This document shows, one piece after another, positions 9,742 to 19,338 of a DNA stretch of 64,000 bases. The stretch lies in NCBI RefSeq assembly GCF_036569185.1, contig NZ_DATCRD010000288.1, positions 1,676 to 65,675 on the forward strand, written 5' to 3'. The translations under genes were made by a program, and so were the position numbers. The notes below the pieces were generated by a model. It saw only the letters and a program-made list of their open reading frames with translations, ran no database searches and was not told the DNA's origin. The stretch comes from Chitinophaga sp. Its GTDB lineage: Bacteria; Bacteroidota; Bacteroidia; Chitinophagales; Chitinophagaceae. Numbering within the stretch: position 1 is the first letter of the stretch; each line of letters begins with the position of its first letter.

Positions 9742-10122
9742 TTACCGTTGTTCTATCACGGAAAGGATGTTGCCTGCGGGATCGGCAAACCATGCAATGA
9801 CGGGGCCGCCTCCGCGGAAAATGCCTTTCTCATCTGTTTTAAGCTCGCCTTCATAATGCTGGAACTGTACGCCCTTTGCGGTGAGCTTGTCTACCGCTTC
9901 TTCCACGTTGCTTACCGGGAAGTTCAGCACGGTAAACGTGGCGGGCGTATGATTGGGCTTTTCATAGATCATCACCGATGGCTCGCCTGCAATCTTTAAC
10001 GTAAGCACCGGCTCCGTTGCACTGGCTTCCGCTTCTATGCCCAATGTTTGCTGGTAAAATTGTTTTGCCTGCTGCAGATCATTTACTGAGAAACTGCTGA
10101 ATGCTTTTGTGTTCCCAAACAT
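9742..10122 (-). CDS. VOC/glyoxalase-family protein
   Basis: Motifs 'FSSFSVNDLQQAKQFYQQTLG', 'LNFPVSNVEEAVDKL' and 'IAWFADPAGNILSV'. Confidence 0.9.
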   Translation of the reverse strand: MFGNTKAFSSFSVNDLQQAKQFYQQTLGIEAEASATEPVLTLKIAGEPSVMIYEKPNHTPATFTVLNFPVSNVEEAVDKLTAKGVQFQHYEGELKTDEKGIFRGGGPVIAWFADPAGNILSVIEQR

Positions 10123-10276
10123 AATAACTGGTTTTTCCGGGTGAAGAATAATTTCCTGTTGCGATGAAACAAGGCACAGCGGCCTGCTCCATTGAAATAC
10201 CTGTTATGTAAATGTACTATCATCCGCCTGTAATCACGGGGGGTAAACAAGGCAAATTAAGGGGGTATTACGACAA

Positions 10277-11614
10277 CTATTGCAGAAATCTTTTTACTGC
10301 TTCTCCCAGGTCGTATACGGGCACTTTATCTTTCAAAGCATCAGCTACAATGCTGCTGCCCGCTGCGCTCCGGTAGCCGCCGGCGCAATGCACCACCACC
10401 GGCTTATCTGCCGGAATTTCGGATACCCGTTCCCGTAGCTGGTCGAGCGGAATAGCGATCGCATCACTAAATACCGGCTCATCGTTTATTTCAGAAGCCA
10501 TCCTGACGTCTATAATCGTATAATGCTCCGGGTGCTCCCTGAAATCCGCCAGCGGCAATGGCGCCATGGTTACAGTGCCTTTCGTGTAAACAACCGCTGC
10601 TTTGATATATGGCTCATAGCCGATTTTAGCCGTTTTACGGATCACTTCCCATAATTCCGTTTCGTTCTCCGCCAGCAAGTAATAAGGCGTTCGGGGCGCA
10701 ACAATACTTCCCAGCCAGGTTTCAAATTTGCCTCCATTCTGCAGGTTAATGGCATGGGGTAAATGACCTTGTTTAAAAACGGATTGGGGCCTGGTGTCTA
10801 TGACAATCATATTTTCTTCTTCCGGTATTGCTGCTGTTATCTTCACCTTATCCAGCGAGGGTTGCAGGTCCGGCGCGCCTTCACGGTTCACACTTACATC
10901 GTAAGGAAAGTACTTCGGGATAAACGGTTGCTGCGCCAGCAATGCGGTCACAAACTCCGGCTCACTGAGCGGTTGCAGGCTCCAGTTGCTGACCTTTTCC
11001 ACACCGATCGTGCTGCTGTCGGCATCGCCGAGCGATTTACCGCATAAAGTTCCTGCACCGTGACCAGGGTATACCAGTACATCATCTTCCAGCACCATCA
11101 GCTTTTCGCGCAGGGAATGATACATCTGTTTTGCCAGTTCATTACGACTGGCCGTTAGGTTGCCGGTATGCTCCCTGAGGTCCGGCCGGCCACAATCGCC
11201 CACAAACAGGGTATCGCCTGTAAACACCGCCCGTGGCTCGCCTCCATATATCAGCACCACGCTGATACTGTCCGGCGAATGCCCCGGCGTATTCAATGCT
11301 TTGAGCACAATATCCCCCAGCATTATCCGCATCCCGTCATCAAAAGCTACATGCGGGTAAGCGGCGCCGGTACGTTTGGAACAATAAACAGTAGCGCCCG
11401 TAACACGATGCAGCTCCAGGTGGCCGCTCACAAAATCCGCATGCGGATGGGTTTCAATAATACCTGTGATCTTTGCATGCAGCCCCTTTGCATATTCCAG
11501 GTAAGGGCTGATATCACGGCCCGGATCTATCACGATGATCTCATGGGCCTTTTCACTGTAAATGGCATAAGCATACTGCGCCAGTCCCTTATCTTCAAAT
11601 TGTTGAATATCCAT
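10277..11614 (-). CDS. MBL-fold metallo-hydrolase (persulfide dioxygenase-like) with two rhodanese domains
   Basis: Motifs 'ETHPHADFVSGH', 'TPGHS', 'FTGDTLFVGDCGRPDL' and 'PGHGAG'; C-terminal 'VVVHCAGGYRS'. Confidence 0.92.
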   Translation of the reverse strand: MDIQQFEDKGLAQYAYAIYSEKAHEIIVIDPGRDISPYLEYAKGLHAKITGIIETHPHADFVSGHLELHRVTGATVYCSKRTGAAYPHVAFDDGMRIMLGDIVLKALNTPGHSPDSISVVLIYGGEPRAVFTGDTLFVGDCGRPDLREHTGNLTASRNELAKQMYHSLREKLMVLEDDVLVYPGHGAGTLCGKSLGDADSSTIGVEKVSNWSLQPLSEPEFVTALLAQQPFIPKYFPYDVSVNREGAPDLQPSLDKVKITAAIPEEENMIVIDTRPQSVFKQGHLPHAINLQNGGKFETWLGSIVAPRTPYYLLAENETELWEVIRKTAKIGYEPYIKAAVVYTKGTVTMAPLPLADFREHPEHYTIIDVRMASEINDEPVFSDAIAIPLDQLRERVSEIPADKPVVVHCAGGYRSAAGSSIVADALKDKVPVYDLGEAVKRFLQ

Positions 11615-11678
11615 GACTGTTTTACTTTCTATGGAAGTTACAACAAACGGGATAACCAGTTGTTTGCTTTCGGGAGAT

Positions 11679-11706
11679 AAAAAAACGCCCCGGGGATACC
11701 GGGGCG
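11679..11706 (-). terminator. Intrinsic terminator
   Basis: AAAAAAA-CGCCCCGG-ggata-CCGGGGCG; the U-tract is on the minus strand, after the 11722..12513 gene. Confidence 0.75.
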
Positions 11707-11721
11707 CAGGTGATGCAACAT

Positions 11722-12513
11722 TTACAGTTTTGTAAAACGCGGCCCCAGGTGGGGCGCCAGCCCTGGCAGTTTTACCTTGTACCGGTAATAGCCACCAAAG
11801 AAATCCTCTTCTTTCAACAGCTCATGCCCGGTTTTACTGATCCAGAAGGTTTGTGTATAATGCCCCCGGGGCGAGTCTCCTTCGGTGAACAACTTCCAGC
11901 AGTCCACCGCCTGGTGGTTTAAAGTTTGCAGCATTTCACTGCCCGTTACTTTATATGTTACATAAGCCGGTGGCTCGAGGCCCGCGTCATAAAAGCGGAT
12001 CACAAAGGTTTTCCCGGCCTTTAAAGGCAACATCTCAAAGGTTTCAATATCAAGGTTCCAGTTGTAATTAGGTCTGTCAAAAACCAGCTTAAAATCTGCT
12101 GCTTTATTATTCACGGTGGCAGTATCGCCGCTGATCCCATCAGTAGCCCAGCGATAGGCTTTCTGTTCCCCGCCTCTTGTTTCAGCATGGTACAACGGCG
12201 AGAAATCGGCCACGCTGTTATAGGAGTAGCTTGTAAGATAACGGGCGGTGTCACTCCCATACCAATGCTGTGTGATACGGAACACTGGTTGATGATCATG
12301 GTTGGTTTTTTCTATTTCCCGGACCCACAGGCTCAGATCAAGCCAGTTGCTGCGTGCAGGCAGCTGGAAATAAACCAGGTATTGTTTCACACCGGGTTCC
12401 AGGAAAGCAGTATTCAGCCGGAGATGTTGCTGATCAATGGTGTCGGTTTGCGCAAAAGCAGGCAGCATGGCCATTAGCAGTACAGCAAGGGTCAGGTAGC
12501 GTTTGGGTTGCAT
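11722..12513 (-). CDS. Secreted protein, DUF3108-like
   Basis: Signal peptide ending in AFA-Q. Beta-rich body with 'LPLKAGKTFVIRFYD', 'YKVTGSE..CWKL' and 'TFWISK'. Confidence 0.55.
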   Translation of the reverse strand: MQPKRYLTLAVLLMAMLPAFAQTDTIDQQHLRLNTAFLEPGVKQYLVYFQLPARSNWLDLSLWVREIEKTNHDHQPVFRITQHWYGSDTARYLTSYSYNSVADFSPLYHAETRGGEQKAYRWATDGISGDTATVNNKAADFKLVFDRPNYNWNLDIETFEMLPLKAGKTFVIRFYDAGLEPPAYVTYKVTGSEMLQTLNHQAVDCWKLFTEGDSPRGHYTQTFWISKTGHELLKEEDFFGGYYRYKVKLPGLAPHLGPRFTKL

Positions 12514-12580
12514 ATTGATAAAGTGGTTTAAAGTGATCGGATCAGCAAAGATTTCCTGTTCCCTGCTATCCGGAAAATGA

Positions 12581-12613
12581 TTTCAATCACCTCCCCTCTC
12601 TTTTTAATCATCT
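12581..12613. promoter_or_regulatory. Candidate LytTR binding site (tandem direct repeat, 21-bp period)
   Basis: TTTCAATCACCT (12581) and TTTTAATCATCT (12602) lie between the divergent target and the LytS/LytTR genes. Confidence 0.5.
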
Positions 12614-12764
12614 GCCTGTTTGTTCCTGTGAAGATGGAATCCGGCATCTGTTGAAACAACCTGTCCAACGGTTGAATTTTTGCCGGCATTTATTGAATAA
12701 TACAGCGTCACCTGCGGACGAGTACAAAACCTTCGTAAATTGGGGCATGCAACTGATAAACCGT

Positions 12765-13763
12765 ATGACGACAGCCACTAAAGTGCAATGGATACTCTGG
12801 GTGGTTGTTTTTTTAATGATGTTCTTTACTATGCTGCCGGAAGATAGCTTCTGGCAGGCCGCTGTTTTTTCATTGCTCAACGCCCTCTTTTATGCCCTGG
12901 TGATTTACGGCAATATCAGCTGGCTGTATCCCCGGTTTTACCTGAAAGGGCGTATATGGATATACGTTATTACGGTGGCGTTGTTCCTGCTGGCGGCAGG
13001 ACTGGCCAGGGGCTTCCTCCTCACCTGGATCTACAACACCTGGTTCGCCCCCCGCCCTGAGCCCATTACCACTGATATAATACTCCGTTACCTCACAGGC
13101 ATTCCGCTCCTGTTCCTGATGAGCTTTATCCTGAGAATGGCGATCGTTTATTTTGAGCTGAAGGCGCAGGCAGCCGCACTGGTAATACAGAATACAAAAA
13201 CGGAGCTCAATCTTCTTAAATCACAGGTGCAGCCCCATTTCCTGTTTAATACGCTGAACAACATTTATTACGAAGCCTACCGGGAAGCGCCGCGTACTGC
13301 CGCCCTGATAGAAAGGCTGTCGGATATTATGCGGTATTTTGTGGATGAAAGCCCGAAGGACCAGGTAGACATCTCCACGGAAATAAAGTTCCTGGAAAAT
13401 TATATCGCCCTGGAGCGTATCCGCATCAGGCATGGCATCGACCTGCAATTTACCAGTGAAGTGCCGGGTGGGTGCAGTATTCCACCGATGCTGCTGATGA
13501 CTTTTGTAGAAAATATTTTCAAACATGGGATCGATAAAACCAGTATGCAGAACCATATTGATATTTCGCTGGTGAAACAGGAAAACACCCTGCTTTTCAC
13601 TACACGGAACAGTTTACCGGAGCAACCGGTACATAAGCATCCGGGGGGATCGGGGATCGACAACCTCCGGAAACGCCTTACCCTGCTGTATGGCAGCAAC
13701 TTCACGCTGCAAACCGGCAGGTCAGGCAATTACTTCACCGCATTACTATCCGTTCCGTTATGA
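12765..13763 (+). CDS. LytS/YehU-family sensor histidine kinase
   Basis: N-terminal TM helices; 'ELNLLKSQVQPHFLFNTLNNIY', 'EIKFLENYIALERIR', 'ENIFKHG' and 'GSGIDNLRKRL'. Start is uncertain (12747 or 12765). Confidence 0.92.
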   Translation: MTTATKVQWILWVVVFLMMFFTMLPEDSFWQAAVFSLLNALFYALVIYGNISWLYPRFYLKGRIWIYVITVALFLLAAGLARGFLLTWIYNTWFAPRPEPITTDIILRYLTGIPLLFLMSFILRMAIVYFELKAQAAALVIQNTKTELNLLKSQVQPHFLFNTLNNIYYEAYREAPRTAALIERLSDIMRYFVDESPKDQVDISTEIKFLENYIALERIRIRHGIDLQFTSEVPGGCSIPPMLLMTFVENIFKHGIDKTSMQNHIDISLVKQENTLLFTTRNSLPEQPVHKHPGGSGIDNLRKRLTLLYGSNFTLQTGRSGNYFTALLSVPL

Positions 13764-14470
13764 GCCTGAAATGTATCATTGTTGACGATGAGCCCAACGC
13801 GGTAAACCTGCTGGAACTGCATATCCGGCAAACGACGGACTGGCAACTGCTGGCCAAATGCTACGACGCACTGGAAGCGCTGAACTTCCTGAAAAATAAC
13901 AAAGCCGACCTGGTTTTCCTTGATATCAATATGCCCCGGCTGGATGGCATGGAACTGGCTGCCCTGCTGCCACCGGAAACAAAAATTGTGTTCACCACCG
14001 CGTATACGGAATACGCCGCTGCCAGTTATAATTTCCAGACGATCGACTACCTGCTCAAACCCATTACACTCAAGCGTTTCCTGGCTGCCCGGCAGAAAAT
14101 AGAAACAACGTTTATGCATTCCCGTGCACAGGAGGTCACTGTTCCGGAATCATCTCCCGGTTATTATTTTATAAAAACCGGTAAAACGCTGCAACAGGTG
14201 AAACTCTCTGAGTTGCTGTACTTTGAAGGAGAGAAAGAATACGTGCGGGTAGTAACGGTGCGGGAAGCCATACTGGTATACAAGCGCCTGAAAGATATCG
14301 CGGAACAGCTGTCGCCTCCATTTATCAGGGTGCACAATTCCTATATTGTGAACACCACCCAAATCGATAAGATCCAGGACAATCACCTGTTCATTGCCGG
14401 CAAACGGATTCCGCTGAGTGAAAAGTTCAGGCCGGCATTTATGGAACTGATCCGGCAGCGCTTTTTATAG
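13760..14470 (+). CDS. LytTR-family response regulator
   Basis: Receiver motifs 'IIVDDEP', 'FLDINMP', 'FTTAY' and 'DYLLKP'; LytTR motif 'FIRVHNSYIVN'. Overlaps the kinase stop by 4 nt. Confidence 0.95.
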   Translation: MSLKCIIVDDEPNAVNLLELHIRQTTDWQLLAKCYDALEALNFLKNNKADLVFLDINMPRLDGMELAALLPPETKIVFTTAYTEYAAASYNFQTIDYLLKPITLKRFLAARQKIETTFMHSRAQEVTVPESSPGYYFIKTGKTLQQVKLSELLYFEGEKEYVRVVTVREAILVYKRLKDIAEQLSPPFIRVHNSYIVNTTQIDKIQDNHLFIAGKRIPLSEKFRPAFMELIRQRFL

Positions 14471-14476
14471 CGCCCG

Positions 14477-16441
14477 TTACGGGGTTTTCGCCACTACAGA
14501 CGATAACAGCGCTGCTACTTTTTCGGCCATCCCTTCTGACTGATTTCCTGCATCGGCCTTCACAGCATTGGTCGCCGCCCACCGCATCAGCGCATCATCA
14601 TGCTGCGCGGCTGCCAGCTGAGCAATCCGGTAATAAGTATAGGCCAGCAGGTCCGGCGCACGCGATACACATTGCAAAGCGCGCTGATAATATGCCAGGG
14701 CCTCTTTGTCCTTATGCTGCATAGCGGCAATACGGCCCATCTGGTATAACAACGTATATTCGACCCCGTAGTGATCGTCCGGGAACCCTTCTTCCAGGTA
14801 CGACTGTGCCAGCTGCATTGCTTCATCATTTTTCTGCTGCCTGCGCAGGTTCAGCACCTTCACTACTTTAGCCTGGGCAAGCGCCGCTGGTGTCAGCGCT
14901 TCATCCCAGTGCAGCACTTTAAAATAAGGATCTACCTGTACGTTTGTTACCGTTCCCTTTACCGGCAGTTGTAAGCGGTTGTTGCGGTCACCGATATTGA
15001 TGTGCTGCAGCGTTGTGGTTCCGTTGCTGTACGTGATCAGCACTTCCAGCGGAAGCTGGTAGATACTGTCTTTTTGCGTGATGCTGAGCTGCAGCTTATC
15101 CTGCTGTTGTTCCCAGCTGCTTTGCCAGGAAGGAGCCCCGGTGCGCTCAAACCACTGCCGGTAAAACCATTGCAGGCTGCTGCCATGCGCCTTCTCTACT
15201 TCCGCCTGGAAATTTTCCCAGCTAACGCCATTGCTGCTGTATTGATCGCCGATAGTGCGCAGCGCTTTATGGAAAGCCTGTTTGCCCACAATCGCAGACA
15301 ACAGCTCCAGGGCAAGAAAGCCTTTGCTGTCGCCTATCGTATGCCCATTGTTGCCGGTGAGCGCCACCAACGGTTCATCATTGCCCGCCGCTGCATTCTG
15401 GAGATAGCCAAGTCCGCACTGGTCGCTGATATAACCCGGATAACCCGTACGCCTGTACGTCATCGCATGAGCGCTGTCGAAATGGCTCACTACCTGCAAA
15501 GAACCGTATTGGGCCAGTCCTTCCGACAGCATAGACTCTCCTTTGCTACCGGCAGCCAATACCTTGTTGCCCCACCACTGGTGCCCTATTTCATGACCAA
15601 AGAGCGCGTAGTTGAACTGGCGCAACGCCCCGGTAGGCATAGCCACTCCACCTAAGATACTGGCGCCGCCGATACCGGTTATCTCCGCTACGTAATCAGG
15701 ATATTCAATGATAGAAAAGTTGGGAATGTTCAGGGGTCCGAACTGGGAAGACAGGTAATCCAGCACTGCAGCGGATTTGCGGCTCAGGTCAATTCCATCC
15801 ACTCCCTTGCTCAGGCTGTAAGTATAAAAGGACCGTTGCGCTTTGTACTCCTGCCGTGTGTACCGGCCAATATAAAGGGAGAAGATATCCGGCTGTGCAT
15901 AATGAAAAGTATAAGTATTGCCCCTGGCGGTAACCGTGCTGGAAGCCATCACTGGCATCATCCCTGCGGATGTGGTAACGGTGATAACCCCGGTACCGCG
16001 GGTATGATTACCTGCGCCATCGGTCACCTGCGGGTACCATGCAGCGCCATAACCGCCTGCCATACAAAAGGTACTATCCAGGTAAAACTGGAAGGCCGGT
16101 GCGCCGCCCCGTTCATAGGCGAAGGTGAAATGTAAAGGCGTACCTGCCGGCAGCGGAGAACGGAAGTGCCAGCGGTAAATGATATCGCCGGTAGATTTAC
16201 GGATGGTATCCATTACGGCTGCAATGCCCTGTAGCTGCAGCGTTGCCGGGCCTGCGCCCTGGCTGATCACAATATCTACTGAGTCGGCCGCAGCGGCTTC
16301 TGTATCAAAAGTAAATCCGCCCTGCACAAAAAATGATTGCTTTGCCGGGTTGGTGGTAACCTGCAGCCGGTAATCGAGTTTACGCTGGGCTGGTAACAAT
16401 GCCGGTACTAACAGATATAAAAGAACGATCAAACGGCGCAT
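14477..16441 (-). CDS. M1-family (gluzincin) metallopeptidase-like secreted protein with C-terminal TPR
   Basis: HEIGH-x19-E followed by 'EGLAQY'; 'WFYRQWFERTG'; TPR-like helices at the C-terminus. Start taken at MRRLIVLL. Confidence 0.8.
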   Translation of the reverse strand: MRRLIVLLYLLVPALLPAQRKLDYRLQVTTNPAKQSFFVQGGFTFDTEAAAADSVDIVISQGAGPATLQLQGIAAVMDTIRKSTGDIIYRWHFRSPLPAGTPLHFTFAYERGGAPAFQFYLDSTFCMAGGYGAAWYPQVTDGAGNHTRGTGVITVTTSAGMMPVMASSTVTARGNTYTFHYAQPDIFSLYIGRYTRQEYKAQRSFYTYSLSKGVDGIDLSRKSAAVLDYLSSQFGPLNIPNFSIIEYPDYVAEITGIGGASILGGVAMPTGALRQFNYALFGHEIGHQWWGNKVLAAGSKGESMLSEGLAQYGSLQVVSHFDSAHAMTYRRTGYPGYISDQCGLGYLQNAAAGNDEPLVALTGNNGHTIGDSKGFLALELLSAIVGKQAFHKALRTIGDQYSSNGVSWENFQAEVEKAHGSSLQWFYRQWFERTGAPSWQSSWEQQQDKLQLSITQKDSIYQLPLEVLITYSNGTTTLQHINIGDRNNRLQLPVKGTVTNVQVDPYFKVLHWDEALTPAALAQAKVVKVLNLRRQQKNDEAMQLAQSYLEEGFPDDHYGVEYTLLYQMGRIAAMQHKDKEALAYYQRALQCVSRAPDLLAYTYYRIAQLAAAQHDDALMRWAATNAVKADAGNQSEGMAEKVAALLSSVVAKTP

Positions 16442-16492
16442 ACTTTTTTTATACAAAGTAACAGCCGGTCCCATCAAAAAAATGGTACCGGA

Positions 16493-17290
16493 TTAACTTT
16501 TTAGCAGGGCCCTGAATTTATGCGGAGTAGCGTTATAAAATAACCGGAAACACTTTACCAGGTGGGAAGCATCTGAAAAGCCGGCGGAAAAAGCAATATC
16601 GGCTACCGGCAACTGCGTGGTGAACAGCAGCATCATGGCTTTCCTTACCCGCATCTTTAACTGGTATTCGCCGGGCGTAACGCCCTCCCTTTCCTTAAAA
16701 GCACGGGCCAGGTAAATAGGATGTACAAACACCCGCGCGGCCAGCGAACGGATGGTATGATGGGTATCAAACTCGTTTTCCAGGATGTCTTTTACTTTTG
16801 GCAGCCAGGGCAGGCGTTCCGGCAGTTTCCTCTCTTCATATTCCAGCAACCAGCTGATCATATGCTCTTCCGGGAGCGCGCCTTCCGGGTCCTGCACAAA
16901 TGCGTACAACAACCGGTACAGGTAATCGAAGGTACCCGTTTTATAGATCGTTGCCGTTTGCGGCAGCAGATGATCCAGCTCCAGCTCCTGCAGTCCGTTT
17001 GGCTTAAACTCTATATTCAGGCAGCGGCCGCCGGATGACTGGAAATGATTGGCATGAGAGTATCCCGCAGGGCGGAAAAGCACTTCACCGGGAATAACAG
17101 CGCTGTCTGTTTTCCGGCTCACTTCTTCATAACTGCCGCTGATCAGCAAACTGAGATACGCGTTTTCATGATGATGCACACCGATCTGCGCATCCGGCTG
17201 GTAGGCCGTAATGTTCAGCCGGAAAGAGGCATTCTCCCCCACCTGTTGTTCTTTTCCAAAATAATTACCTGGCGACAGGATGATACTCAT
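16493..17290 (-). CDS. AraC-family transcriptional regulator
   Basis: Cupin motif 'HHHENAYLSLLISG'; HTH motifs 'VHPIYLARAFK' and 'IAFSAGFSDASHLVKCF'. Confidence 0.92.
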   Translation of the reverse strand: MSIILSPGNYFGKEQQVGENASFRLNITAYQPDAQIGVHHHENAYLSLLISGSYEEVSRKTDSAVIPGEVLFRPAGYSHANHFQSSGGRCLNIEFKPNGLQELELDHLLPQTATIYKTGTFDYLYRLLYAFVQDPEGALPEEHMISWLLEYEERKLPERLPWLPKVKDILENEFDTHHTIRSLAARVFVHPIYLARAFKEREGVTPGEYQLKMRVRKAMMLLFTTQLPVADIAFSAGFSDASHLVKCFRLFYNATPHKFRALLKS

Positions 17291-17483
17291 AAAAGTAACC
17301 GGTTACGCGTTGAGGCGCCGGTGATCAAAGATACTTTAACCTTCCCGTTTTCCTACAATTCCAACATTGTATTGAAGAAGCTGAAAAATCCACCCCAAAC
17401 AGGCATCTCTGTTGTTTGAGCCTGGTAAACGCTCCTCTTCCGCGGGTCATGGCCGCCTCAGGTTATAGTGTTGTTTACCCGGT

Positions 17484-17975
17484 TCACTCCTCCTCCCGCT
17501 GATACATCTTCAAGCCCCTCGACAACCGGATAATGGCTTTTGTCATACGGCTTACTTTTGTTTCCTCTCTTTTGGCGCTGAAGATCCAGTTGATATAAAA
17601 CCGCTGCTCACTTTCTGAAAGCGACTGGAAGAAACGGTTTGCGCCTGGCTCGTCTTCCAGGCAGATCTTTAGTTCTTCCGGTATATCCATTGGATCATCA
17701 TCCCGGAACAAAACGATCTTTACCCGGTCGCCTACTTTCTTCTTTATCTTCTTCCTGATCTCCGCTTTTACCGGGAGGAACAATATACCGTTGCCCAGCG
17801 GCATCAGGTGGCATTTTTTGATCTCGAAATCATCTATAAATCCTTTCACTCTCACCAGGCCAAAGGCTTTCACTTTATCCGGAGTTATTTCGGGAATACG
17901 CGCAAAGGTCCATCCCCCTTTAACAGGGAATTTCTCAAGACGATACGATTGACTGACGATTGGTTTTACGGACAT
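17484..17975 (-). CDS. DUF1905 + YdeI/OmpD-associated (bacteriocin-protection-like) domain protein
   Basis: Motifs 'KGGWTF', 'VKGFID', 'LPVKAEIRKKIKKKVGDRV', 'IPEEL' and 'WIFSAKREETK..R'. Confidence 0.8.
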   Translation of the reverse strand: MSVKPIVSQSYRLEKFPVKGGWTFARIPEITPDKVKAFGLVRVKGFIDDFEIKKCHLMPLGNGILFLPVKAEIRKKIKKKVGDRVKIVLFRDDDPMDIPEELKICLEDEPGANRFFQSLSESEQRFYINWIFSAKREETKVSRMTKAIIRLSRGLKMYQREEE

Positions 17976-18085
17976 ATCCGTAAAGCTATCAAACTTTATC
18001 TAATACCCATCTCTCCCATAATAATCTTTTCAACACCAAAAACTGTCCACACGTCAAATATGTTTCCTTAAAAAGAGCCGGGAAG

Positions 18086-18093
18086 ATAGGTTT
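18086..18093 (+). promoter_or_regulatory. Bacteroidota -7 promoter element
   Basis: TAGGTTTG, 17 nt upstream of the ATG at 18111. Confidence 0.55.
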
Positions 18094-18110
18094 GCATAAA
18101 ACAATCAGCT

Positions 18111-19328
18111 ATGCAACCAACATCATCTTCACGGCAGGCATATTTAGACTGGCTCCGCATTATTGCCATCATAGGCGTGCTGTTCTTCCACTCTGCCATG
18201 CCCTATATCCCTGAATGGGGATGGCATATAAAAAATAAAGAAACCAGCAATGCCCTGCTGGAAATGAACGACTTCCTACATCGCTTCCGTATGCCCCTCC
18301 TGTTCTTTATCTCCGGAACGGTAAGTTACTTTATGTTGCAGCGGAATACCGGCGGCGGGTTTATTGGCCTCCGTTTCAGGCGGCTGTTCGTTCCCCTGCT
18401 GGTGGGCATACTGGTTATTGTTCCTCCGCAAGTGTACATGGAGCGCCTCACACAGGGCTTCAAAGGCAACTACGCCGATTTCTACACCCATATGTTTACC
18501 ACCGGCGTATATCCCCACGGCAATATGAGCTGGCATCACCTGTGGTTCATTGCCTACCTGCTGGTATACGACATCCTTTTTGCGCCTTTCTTTGTATGGC
18601 TGATCTCCGGCAACGGGAAAAAGCTGTTGCAAAAGCTCAATTGGATCGGCAATAAGCAATACATCTACCTGCTGATTATCCCCGGTACCCTGGTGCACAC
18701 CTTCCTGCTGGTGTGGTTCCGGCAAACAGGCGACCTGGTGCACGATTACGGCTATTTCTTCTACTGGCTGTTTTATGTACTGGCCGGATTTATCTGCATT
18801 GCCAATCCACTGTTCATGGACAGCCTGGAACGGAACCGCCGGCTTTCACTTACCATCGCATTCACGGGGCTTCTCATCATCAACTACCTGCGCTGGAATA
18901 AACTGGAGCCCTGGATCTTCAACGATAATTTCAGGTACATGCCTTTTACCTACGTATATATGGCGCTGGGCGGTATCACCGCGTGGATGTGGGTGCTCGC
19001 TATTGTGGGTTATGCAAAAAAATACCTGAACAAGCCCCGTCCCATACTGGCCTATGCCAACCAGGCGGTGTACCCTTTTTATATCCTGCATCAAACGGTG
19101 ATTGTGATCCTTACTTACTATCTTGTAACCGTGCCGGATGGCGTAGGACTGAAATACACCTTTACCGTGACCGTTACTTTTTTAATCAGTATATTCATCT
19201 TCCATTTGTTTATCAGGCCCTTTGCCATTATGCGTTTCCTGTTTGGTATGAAGCCAATGGCAAAAGGAGAAAAACGCGGCGCTACAAAAGAAGAAGAATT
19301 AATACCGGTACAACCGGGAATGGCCTAA
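18111..19328 (+). CDS. Acyltransferase family 3 membrane protein (MdoC/OpgC-like)
   Basis: Motifs 'LDWLRIIA', 'FRMPLLFFISG', 'RFRRLFVP', 'HHLWFIAYL' and 'YPFYILHQ'; about 10 TM segments. Confidence 0.88.
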   Translation: MQPTSSSRQAYLDWLRIIAIIGVLFFHSAMPYIPEWGWHIKNKETSNALLEMNDFLHRFRMPLLFFISGTVSYFMLQRNTGGGFIGLRFRRLFVPLLVGILVIVPPQVYMERLTQGFKGNYADFYTHMFTTGVYPHGNMSWHHLWFIAYLLVYDILFAPFFVWLISGNGKKLLQKLNWIGNKQYIYLLIIPGTLVHTFLLVWFRQTGDLVHDYGYFFYWLFYVLAGFICIANPLFMDSLERNRRLSLTIAFTGLLIINYLRWNKLEPWIFNDNFRYMPFTYVYMALGGITAWMWVLAIVGYAKKYLNKPRPILAYANQAVYPFYILHQTVIVILTYYLVTVPDGVGLKYTFTVTVTFLISIFIFHLFIRPFAIMRFLFGMKPMAKGEKRGATKEEELIPVQPGMA

Positions 19329-19338
19329 TGAATCAGTT

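Noticed and set aside
17976-18085. LytTR direct repeats upstream of the second LytS/LytTR operon
   Set aside because: No convincing repeat pair at a 21-22-bp period was found by eye.
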